Shown one piece after another: positions 35,281-46,331 of a DNA stretch of 64,000 nucleotides (position 1 is its first letter; the number at the start of each line of letters is the position of its first letter). The translations under genes and the position numbers were made by a program. The stretch is from assembly GCA_044892525.1 (NCBI GenBank), contig CM097886.1:33108001-33172000 (forward strand), read 5' to 3'. The notes under the pieces were generated by a model. The model did not search any database. It saw nothing but the letters and a program-made list of their open reading frames with translations, and was not told the origin of the DNA. The DNA is from Schmidtea polychroa. Its lineage: Eukaryota.

Positions 35281-36636
35281 AATTTGATATCATTTTATTC
35301 TTTTCATAATTAATTGCCGCCATCTTTTCTAACTCTTTACCAAAATTCATAAACCGAAATTCGATACCATTAACACCATTTAATTATAAGATAACGCCAA
35401 TCAAACATTTTTTTCACGATTAATTTCGACAGTTTTCCTGTCATCATCAGGTGGGATATAATACTCATTAAATAAAGGATTTTAAACAAATTTAATTATA
35501 TATAAAAAATTTTTTATTTTATAAAAAATATTATTTTTTAAAACTTTAACATTTAAAATTTAATTTAATAATTTAAAAATTTAAAAAATTTTTTATTAAT
35601 TATTTAATTTAACACAACAATCAATACATACAATACACAAAAGCTTATTTAAAAACACTCAACACACAAGTATTTACAGCATTCTGCACATTAATTTTCG
35701 GATTCAATGATTTTATCAACAACGCCTCACAAATCACACGTTCCCAATAACTATCAAAGTTTTTTAATAAAATTTTAAAATCAGACATACCTATTTTAAT
35801 CTTACAGCCCTTATTGTGCTCACCAATATGGGTCAAAGACTTCGGTCTACAATGTTCTCGAGCTCGAATACAGAGATGACGGGAAGTCTCTCCAATGTAT
35901 GTGGCATTACACCCATTACATGTAAACTGATAAACGAGATCGGAGCACAATTCAACCGGAGTCTTTGACTTATTAATAAACATATTGCGTACTTTCCATG
36001 AAGTTGACACTATCCCTTAGTTTAAATTCCCTAACTGCTTTCTTATCTTCACTTTATAATCCTTAAAACCTTCTGAGTACGGCAATACTAACACAAATTT
36101 AGGCTCATCGTCCTTGCTCACACTATTTAATTTATTTAACTCATCAGACTCATTCACCTCAACAAAATCACACACAGATTTTAACTCATCAGACTCACAC
36201 ATCTCAACAAGATCACACCCAGATTTTCTCAAACATGGATCCTTAGGATTTTTAATAAATTTGTCAACAGTCTCTTTCACCATAATTACTAAAAAGGATT
36301 TTGAATAACCATTCTTCATCAACAGTTCAACCAACACGTCAACACTCTTTACCGAATTTTTAAAAGTAGAAGACAAAGACCATGCACGATAAATCAATCC
36401 CTTCACCATATTTCTTTTATACTTGAATTCACAAAAACTTTCGGAAAAAAAAAATTCACAAAAACTTTCGTTTTTGCATTATATGAATAGTCTACATAAA
36501 AACATTGTATTCACATGTGAAACGGAGAAAAAATCATCGCTTGCTTTCTTGGATTTGTTAATACAGAGCAAAGAGAAACACTATGAGATAGAGATTTATA
36601 GAAAACCAACTGATACTGGTCTCTATACTTTCCCGC
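35280..36636 (-). mobile_element. 5'-truncated Penelope-like element with inverted 5' segment
   Basis: Minus 36444-35645 is one frame with a single TAA: ESFCEFKYKRNMVKGLIYRAW (RT thumb)...VYQFTCNGCNATYIGETSRHL..RAREH..EALLI..P.IN (GIY-YIG). Plus 36461-36636 encodes the preceding RT part FLHYMNSLH..FLDLLI..YRKPTDTGLYTFP. Confidence 0.9.
35415..35453 (-). ncRNA. Minimal type I hammerhead ribozyme motif at the PLE 3' end
   Basis: CAC-CTGATGA-T-GACAG GAAAA CTGTC-GAAAT TA ATC^GTG. Perfect 5-bp stem II, palindromic stem III (ATTAAT), only 3 bp of stem I; ~190 nt downstream of the GIY-YIG stop on the same strand. Confidence 0.75.
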
Positions 36637-36869
36637 AGGTGATTATGATTTTTCATAAGCCATGTTTACAAGTTTACAGATTTTTTCTGTGACCAAGCTA
36701 TTTTGCAAGCGATGTGATTTCCAGTGTACCGGGGAAAGTATGCAATAGAGTTGAATCAACAATATTGTATACTTACCTGGCGCGAAGAGAAATCTTCGTG
36801 TCTCCTGCATAGTACTAATGAGAGCCAAAAGCTCGAAACTAGTCTACTATTGGGATTTGCGCTGGGTAT
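36637..36869 (+). mobile_element. PLE-type 3' end/pLTR repeat, copy 2 (runs into an N gap)
   Basis: Homologous to 7486-7702. Its start translates VIMIFHKPCLQV, reminiscent of a GIY-YIG C-terminus. Confidence 0.65.
36810..36849 (+). ncRNA. Hammerhead ribozyme motif with core G5A change
   Basis: TAGTA-CTAATGA-GAGC CAAAA GCTC-GAAAC TA GTC^TACTA. Perfect stems I and II, but CUGAUGA reads CUAAUGA. Confidence 0.75.
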
Positions 36870-37409
36870 NNNNNNNNNNNNNNNNNNNNNNNNNNNNNNN
36901 NNNNNNNNNNNNNNNNNNNNNNNNNNNNNNNNNNNNNNNNNNNNNNNNNNNNNNNNNNNNNNNNNNNNNNNNNNNNNNNNNNNNNNNNNNNNNNNNNNNN
37001 NNNNNNNNNNNNNNNNNNNNNNNAGAAGAATCTTAAATAAGATAATTTCATTATTGCAGTATTTGATGAAATATTAATTGAATTCATAATTTAATTTTAA
37101 AATAGGATTTTGTGAATTTTAATGTGATAATGTTTATAAAATTATATAAATGTATATAAAATTGTCTGATTTTCTTAGGTTTGAAATTTACAGCTTTTTG
37201 TCGTGATTTCTTTTTGTAAAAACAAATTTATTAGCTCTCAAATAATTAACTTCACAAACTCTCATTTCAAATTGATTAATTACTAAAATATGATTTTTAT
37301 AAGTAATTATTAATAATAAATTAGCATTGAAATATTTGAGATTATAGGAAAGAAATTTTATTAATTTCAAATAAAATTTGATAAAGAAAAAAAAGAAAAT
37401 ATGTGGGTA

Positions 37410-37777
37410 CCTCCGTGTTATCTTACCCCCAAAAATCAAATTATAAAATACAATTAAAATAACAATATAAAAAATGAGAGAATACATTATTGATGACGTT
37501 ATTGAACATTATTGAACATGAATTTATTAAGGCTATTTGTGATTTATGTGATTATGTGAGTTTATGTGAGTTTATGTGGCGCAAACGTGTTCTAAGCAAC
37601 AGTGCCGATGTGTTCGGCACTATTCTCAACGACATTGTGGTTTTCTGGTCACCTGGATGACCATTTACAAACTCTTTACAAACATTTGCTGAGTTTGTAG
37701 CTGTGATTTAGAAAATAAATATAATAATTATATGTGTTCTTTTTTAATTTAATTTTTGTGGTAAGATAAAACGGAAG
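37410..37777. mobile_element. Tc1/mariner-type MITE (368 bp)
   Basis: TA flanks; ~35-40 bp imperfect TIR C(C/T)TCCGT(G/T)TTATCTTACC..AAAAAT. Confidence 0.7.
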
Positions 37778-38089
37778 TACCAATTTGTGTTATGTAGAAT
37801 TAAAATTTTGATCTTTTGTTAAAATGAAAATAAATGAAATATCATCAAATTTATAAAACCAAAAAATATGAAATATTAAAATTGAGGTTAACGAAAACAA
37901 ATTTAATATTGAATACAAATGAAATTATTAAATCGACGTCTAAATATATTTGTATTTGTTTGTCTTTTATAAGATTTGCTAGATTTATAATATCAGTATA
38001 CTCATCGGCTATTATGCATAATACCAACTGTGACATATATAAGACAATAACATTTCCTTTATATTTTCAGCCGTTTCAGTAATTTATCT

Positions 38090-38597
38090 GTAAGATATAT
38101 TGTCGGAAAGTAGATAGCCATCTAAAGGATTTTTGGCCTCATCACTTATCATTGCTGTCACCATAATTTTAGTTAGAGGCTTGACTAACGTTTCACCTAA
38201 TCTTTCTGCCATACCATATTTTACAATTATGTGCGAAACACGATACGAAGCTTCGATAATTCTTTTATTCTCATTTCATACTAAACCTAACATTTTCTTT
38301 TTTGATTGATTTAAATCTTTAAGTTTAATCTGAAAAAATATGTTGTTTTATTTTTCTATTGTCCGTATTTTGTCTTCAAATGACGCTTTAAGTCGGATGG
38401 TTTCATGTTGCCATTTGATATAGTTTCAGAGTAAATAACACACAAACAAACTTTCATCTTTATATATTAGATATTGAACTATTGTTTATCTTTTTAATTT
38501 TTCTTTGGCACACACAAAAATAGGAAGATCTTTAAAATTATTTGCAAACCCTTTGCATACTGTTAGGGATAGCCATATCACATTTTGAGAAACAATG
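38090..38597 (-). mobile_element. hAT Charlie/Buster-type transposon 5' relic
   Basis: CVI..ETISNGNMKPSDLKRHLKTK (BED-like) and IIEASYRVS..GETLVKP..LSDN; terminus resembles CAGTGGTTCTCAAAGTGTG. Confidence 0.75.
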
Positions 38598-41069
38598 CTT
38601 CAATGCAATAGTTTTTATAATTGTGAGTTTATGGTTAAAATTCATTAAAAAAGAATTAAAAAAAAGAATTACACTATTTTCAAACTAATTTTTATTTCAA
38701 AAATTAACTTTTCAAAAATTTATGAAAAACTATGAACTAAATTTAATTATTTCAAAATTCACAAATTGACATAAATTCAAATTTAAACTTACTAAAAATG
38801 TATTTAATTATTATAAATTAATTAATAATTTCTTAATTAAATATTTTTTAATATAATTTAATAATTCTATAATAAATAGAGAGTAGAACTTTTTATTGAC
38901 GAAATTTTATTTTCAAATACAATAAATAATTAAATAATCAAATAATCAAATAAATATAATTAACTCTTTTTTTGATTTAGTTTTTTTTGTTTGGTTGAGT
39001 AATTTTGAATTTATTTTCAAAAATAAAAAATATTCTGAATTTTTTCCAACATATTTTATTGCAAAAATAACTGTATAATTTCGACAGACAAAAAGTTATT
39101 GACAACAGTAACTAATATTCTCAAACCAAAATAAAACACGAATCTATTCGTGTTTTAATTCAACAAATTTATTACAGAAAGTTCAAAGTTAGAATTGTGA
39201 AGTAAAAAATTATTTCATTTCAAAAAACATAAAATACGTAATAATTTTACAACCGAAATATCAAAATTGAATTACGAATCTAGTCATATTTTTAAGATTT
39301 TTAGAAGAGATTTTAAATTGTCTTTTGACTGATATCCTGAATATTAAATTAGCAATAATTAGTCGGTGAAAATTTCCCAAAAATATTCATTTTATTCGAA
39401 AAGATAATTTAGAGCAGTTTTTATTTCATATGGAATTTATCAAATAATTAACTTTGTCTGATCGACTAGATCAGATATTGAAATTAAAGAAATAAATTGA
39501 TATTTTGTTTATCCAAACATATTTTGTTTAAGAGTTATATGACATTTTAACGACTATTTTATTTCAATCCTTTCATATAATGAAAAATGAAAGAAAATAA
39601 AATGATTAAAGACTAAAGAAATTTATGATATAACAAAATTAATGACAAACAATCAGAACCATCTTACCATGCGGGTCAACAAAGGTCATCAGTGCTGTAA
39701 TTAGAATGAACCGAACCGTAAACCATCACAGGACGTATATAATGCTTTTACATAAACAATATTTTATAAAATATTTGGTTTAGAAAAATAATTACTTTTC
39801 GGATTTTTAATATTTGAAAACATTGCATGTCAATCTAAAGTTTATTTTTGAGACCCCCCCCCCCCTAAAGATTTTTTCAAGTCAAATATCCCTAACATCA
39901 GTAATATGGTTCTCAAACCAAATAGTGCTTCAGATTGACAATACCCTCTCACTATAGTACATCACTTGGACATGCACAGAAATACTACACCATTAAAATT
40001 CAATTATAAATGTCATGTTGTCCATAAAAATTAAAGTTATTGTAAAATATTTGATTAATTACAAAATGAATATTAATGATTAATAGACCCGAGACTCATA
40101 GATCTGGTAAATTATTAAGTATAATAATCATCAACACAGAATAATTGTTTTAATGAGATTCTCAGGTCTCTCACAATGATAAAATTATAAATTTATTTTG
40201 AATTTATCATAATTGTCAAAACAAATTTTATGAAATTGATTTTAATTATTAATGACCCTTATTTAAATTATCACTTAATTAATTTATTTATATGTTTTAA
40301 CGCCATAGAATTCAGATTATTAATAATTAACTGTCACTTTCCATGAAATAAATTTAGTTTTTCATCTCAAAATAAATTAATTAAATTTTATATTAATTTT
40401 AATAAATTCTGATCAACGTGGACTGAATGAAAATTATAATATTGTATAATTTATACATCCAATAAAATATCCAAATTTATAATTATATAAGAATTTAAGT
40501 ATTTTATTATGATATATTTTATTTTTAACATAAAAGATATTTGGATATTTTGTTGACTAATATTATCTTTAATTCAGATAATATATTCACTTGATATTAA
40601 ACTGTTTTCTTTTGATTTCCATGAAGGGAATTTCGTTTTATTTGTAATATAATTTTTAAATAATAAACTTGATTATTTACACAAATTTATGAGTTTTGGT
40701 TTTAATTAATGAAATACGAATTTATTAAATTTAAAAAACATTTTTTTTGTTTAAATTGAAGATATTTTTAAAAAATTACAATATTTCTTTGAAGAGATAA
40801 TAGAGAAATTAATGGCTAACTTATTGATATAAAGAGAATTTATAAAGAAAAACTTCCATTGACTTTAATTTGCTAGACAGCCTAATTTCTTTCCAATCTA
40901 ATTAGTTGTCATTAATTCTTCTTTTGAACATAAAAAGGTTTTATCCTATCTAATTATTTTCAATTTATTCATCCTCTCAACCTGAAAGATAAATCAGTAT
41001 GAATTATTATTTTTATAACTTTATATAATATGCTTTTCCATTTTTATTATCTACATGACTGGAACATAC

Positions 41070-41072
<3 letters not shown>

Positions 41073-41130
<58 letters not shown>
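41073..41130. repeat. (TA)n microsatellite
   Basis: Pure dinucleotide run. Confidence 0.95.
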
Positions 41131-41132
<2 letters not shown>

Positions 41133-41326
41133 TTGCAGCCAACGATATACATATTCCAACAACGTATATCACGGGTTACCTCCACCTGCTAAATACACTG
41201 ACTATGCGGTGTCAATCGGTTTGGACTGACCGCAGCTCCGACGAGTACGCAATCGCACTGATTACAATATACACATACAGAGCACCAATCGAGGGAAATA
41301 GTATGTACAATTTAAAAATAAATATA

Positions 41327-42234
41327 TGTTAGGGTTTGTTGGTCGTCAGTGGTTTATCAAATCAATAATTACTCTATGACACCCAGAATATTTTATTCAA
41401 CGACAATAACGAATTCCAAATGATATAACTTCATTGAATACAACAAATTTTTATAACGATTACAATAACATTTTACTCAATGAAACTCAAACGTATTCCG
41501 GTGCTTATTACAATCCTTCGGGAGGAATCGCACTTTAAGAACATTGATTATACGACCACTTAACCGCTGCTCGTGGCTGACACTTCGCACAATTGAACCG
41601 GTTGCTTTCCTGCCACGACTTAGGACTTTAACGATTCCTAGTTTTTACTTCGATTACTACTGGCATATTGATTTAACAATTATATTTTTCTCTGGGTGTT
41701 TCGTTTTAACCCTTTTCAATTTTACTTCTTCTCTTTTCAAATTCTCAATTTTGCGACTCCTTCTTCTTCTCCAAAGAATTTATTCTCTATTTTGCAATCA
41801 GTGGCTTTCTTTTATACCCTGTCCTTTTCCGACGAAATAATTATCTTACTTTCACGCATATTCCTCTGGACATTCCGCATTATCTCTGACATCTGTCAAA
41901 ATATATAATTTATTTCGTTTTTACATATTTGTTTTCCCGGCTGTTCCAGTTATTCATTTATTATCTCCTCTAACACTTACGATAAGAGATTTCCATTTCC
42001 AAATTGTTTTAGTTTTTGTTTTCTTCATTTTCATTTGTACTTATTAATTAAAATCAACTTCACGTTTCATTATGCGATTTTATTGATTTTTGACATATCT
42101 TTTCAGTTTTCCAATTTCTTTCCTTCATTTATTTCCCCTAAATTTAAGAGCATGATATCATTTATTGTAGCGATTTTCCCCCGATCTATTTTTTGAAACT
42201 TTATTTATTTATTGCTATTCAGGTATCCTCAATA
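41327..42234 (-). mobile_element. Diverged solo LTR related to family B (908 bp)
   Basis: Right end AGGTATCCTCAATA matches the family start, 4-bp TSD TATA/TATA, motif GGAGGAATCGCAC at 41521. Confidence 0.75.
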
Positions 42235-45200
42235 TATACTACGAACGGAAAAAATATTTTTGTAAAAGAATTGTACAGTAATGTAATAGCTATAATAATG
42301 TTAAAATGTTTTCATAATGGTTGGACGGCTGCAATCTTTACGGGCTAAACTCCACTGATATATTTATGAAAATAGTTAAAAAAAATTAGGAATTTATTGT
42401 CGTATGAGCATTGAAGCAGAGGTTTAGCAAGATGTAAAAGTTTCGCAAATGAATTATTTAAATATAAACTCCTAAATAAATAATAGTCTCGAATTTGCCA
42501 ACCTAACTCCTCATATTTTGGAAGTTTAGATTTTAGTAATGTGTGGACAAAATATTGATCTATGGTCTGTAAAATCCTAATTATTTATGCACTAACTTTA
42601 TATTTATGTTAATTACAATATTATTTGAAATAAATCGAGTTAGAAATCTATGCGAAACAAATTATCATTGAACTGATTAAAACAAAAGAATAGTGTCACT
42701 AAGAATGAGATTGTCTAAAACCTAATTAGTTTTTTTAGGATTCATAATAAGGTCTGTAATTCATTTATTCTTTTTAAAAATATTTACAATGAAAATGCAA
42801 ATATATATAGAAAATGGAAACATTGTTAAAACTGTAATGTACTGGGTAGAACTTTTCTATTAATCTAATATTAATGAGAACTCTTTAGATGAAGTCTTCG
42901 TTTTTGTTTAGATTACCTTGACCTACTTCATGGCTCATATAATGACTCAATGTCTTTGTTCTTACAGAGATCATTCAAATTAATTTTAGTTTTCCTTATT
43001 TTGCCTTGCATATGTGTCCACAGAAATGTCTTTTATTGTACTGGTTAACTCTTCTGGCCTTCAATTAGAATTGTCAATAGATCTTGTATAAATTATTGTC
43101 CCAGTAACGAGTCTATTCATTGTATTTAAAGATCAATGCGATAGACCCTGAGATGCAACTTAGTTTCAAGCACAAAATTTTCAATTCGTTATATCCAACA
43201 TTGCATTTCAAAATCAATTTAACACAATTATCTACATTTCTAGGAAGACCGTTTTCTAAATATCGTAAATGACTGAATATTATCTTTTTTTGTGTTTTAC
43301 TATTTTTATATAATACAATTTAAAGAGGTTTATCTATACTTTACATGCACGTTTTTTTCCATTAAAACACTGTTAAAACTACCTAGTATGCTTTTCTAAT
43401 TTGCCCCTTTTCCCCAAAGTTTTCTTAATTGTTAAAAAATATATCTTAATATTTAAATTGTTTGAAAATCATTATTAAAAACAATTCACAAAACTTGCAA
43501 AATAAATCCAATCATATTTTAAAATTTTTAATGCTTCTATAAATAACTCATAAAAATTTCTCTTAATAAATTATATCATAAAATATTTATAAATAAAAAG
43601 TTTCATCAATATTGCCATTTAAACAAAATTTTTACAAAAAAATTCATTTTGATCTTGATAAGATTACCTTGATATTTATTCATAAATTTTACTAATTGTC
43701 ATTCTATACAAAATGACGTAAAATCTCATAGTGTCTTTAAAAGGCCTTTTGATATAAGATATTTTATAATGTATAGAACCTATTTAAAAATTAAAAATTC
43801 AATATATAACAGAAAGATATCGAAAATCGAATAAAATAAAAACTAATATCATTGTATATTTACAATTTATTATCCTCACTTTATAATAATTTATCCTACC
43901 TTGACTTCGATAAATTTGACTTAATTCTAAACCATTTCTCTTCTGAAATATGGTTTCATTAATACCACTATCAACTCTCTTGAAAATAAACAGTACCTTG
44001 TCAAGTGCAGGTTCTAAAACCGAACCCTTCAATTTTTCAATGTTTCTCTAATATTGATATCAGCTCCCTTTTGTGTGTCTTAATTTAATTTCTTTTATTA
44101 CTTTCAATTGTTAATATTTATATTGAATAACATTTTTAAAATTTTAAGTAAAATTTTATGTATTAATTACCATTTGATATTTTATTAATGTTAATGTTTT
44201 TTTCTATTTTATTGTTGTAAACATTTAACTAACCTATTATCAGTTTTATTTACCTATTTATCCCCCCCCCATTTTTAAACATAATTATAAAAAGTTTTAA
44301 AAATATCAATTGAGCAAAATAACATTTTATCAAAAACGAAAATATGCATGCTGAATTTGAAATATAAAAATGATAAAGTTACAAAATTAACAAAATTTTA
44401 GCAGAACATATAGCATTTAACTAATTAATTAATTGTAAATTGTTAAATAAAATTATTATTAAAAATTTCATTATTATATTATAAGTTCAGGGTTAATATT
44501 TTTAGGAATATTAATCTGAAAAGTTTTAATTTTTTTGAAATCATTAATAAAAATCTATAATAAAGTAATTTTTTAAAATTCTTCAATTATTTAGAATTAA
44601 AAATAATCTCTCAAAATAAGTGTATCAAATTTTGTCAGTAGTTTCAATTTTATTTGTATAATTAAAATGTAAATAATTTCTTTTAAAATATTCGGATTAA
44701 ATATATTTTTACATGTTAATGCAAATTATATACAATTCATTAAAAACTTCTAATTAATTAATAATTAATTTTACATTTATTTTTAAATCCTATATTCTAT
44801 ATCAAATGTTTAACAGTAAATACAAAAAATAAATAAATAAATAAAATATTCTCTATGGCACCAAAATCAATGCGGTAAGATAATCAATACGAGAGAAAAG
44901 GAATTTATCTATGAAATCTCATATCAGTCTGTAAGCATCGAATTGTTGGAGTTGTAGAGATTCCAATTTGTCCACAGTCGACCAATAAAAAGTCGATTAA
45001 CAAAATCTTTTCGTCATAAATAATAAAAAGTTCCATAACAATATCAATAATTGTTCTAGTAATATAAAAAGAATGATCGCATCTTTTCAAGGTTGGTAAA
45101 CATTAAATATTTTATATATTTTTCAATAGTTTATTCAAAATAAAACAAAGGTTTATTCAATTTATACAACTTTTACAAGTTTACTGAATATCCTCTATTT

Positions 45201-45543
45201 TGACAAAACAATTCGAAATGTTTTGGTTTTGATTCAATTTTTGTTTGCTTTTTTTCTGTCATAAAGTTTTTTGGCAATCAATATAATATTTTTTTTAATT
45301 AATGACAAATTCAATTAATTTTAAATGCTTATAAAATGTCGATTATATCCACTGAAAACCATCTGCCAGGTTTGTTGAAATTGTCAATCAAACAGCTGAA
45401 ATAAATTAATAGTTAAAAGTTGTATTTCAGTTTTTTTCATAAAAATGATTCAAGTTTATTTTGGATTCAGATCAAAGACATGTAAATAAAAGGTAAAATA
45501 ATAAATTGTATATTTTAATAAATATAATGATATTAAATAAGTA

Positions 45544-45608
<65 letters not shown>
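45544..45608. repeat. (AAT)n microsatellite
   Basis: Pure trinucleotide run. Confidence 0.95.
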
Positions 45609-45609
<1 letters not shown>

Positions 45610-46248
45610 TATAGATTTAGGTATTTAAATACATTTTTATTAAATTAATATATTCATAAAAAACATTTATTTCTAAACTTTAAAGTTAATAATAAGCTCT
45701 AGTATTGTTAAAAATTCATTATCATATGTTATTTTCTGGACAATAAAATATGCAATAAAACATTTATCAGAAATTCAATATATTGAAACAATTTTTCCAG
45801 TAAAATACTAATAAACCAATTGAGACTGATTCTTCATCTCCAAAACAATATTTCAAGTAATTTATCTGCTAGAAAATATGATAAATTAATAACAAACTTT
45901 GATGGATTGTATCAACAATAATGTTCAAGTAAAAGTTCTTTTTATGATAATTAGAATGACTTGAAGAAGTTAATAAAAGGAAAGACGAAGGAAATCATTA
46001 CCAAGCAATTAAAGCGACTTAACTAGGTAATAATAATTTAAGTATCAGCTCTGGCGCACATTTTGGTAACCTCCATCTTACTACTTATTAAATAACAGTA
46101 ATCGATAAATATTCCACTCAATTCAAATGACTAAGTAAAATCGAATTTTAAATTATGTGTTATTATTAATTACTTTTATTATTTATTTATTTAAATTCTT
46201 TTTTATTATAATTAATTTCTAATTAATATTAATATTATTTTTAATAAT

Positions 46249-46257
<9 letters not shown>

Positions 46258-46331
<74 letters not shown>
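46258..46331. repeat. (ATT)n microsatellite
   Basis: Pure trinucleotide run. Confidence 0.95.

Noticed and set aside
39610-40110. PDZ-like exon (TKEIYDITKLMTNNQNHLTMRVNK) and a 20-nt micro-exon
   Set aside because: Splice-like flanks are present, but nothing links them into a gene without transcript data.
43799-45090. Short minus-strand ORFs as exons of one gene
   Set aside because: No recognisable domain or consistent phasing.
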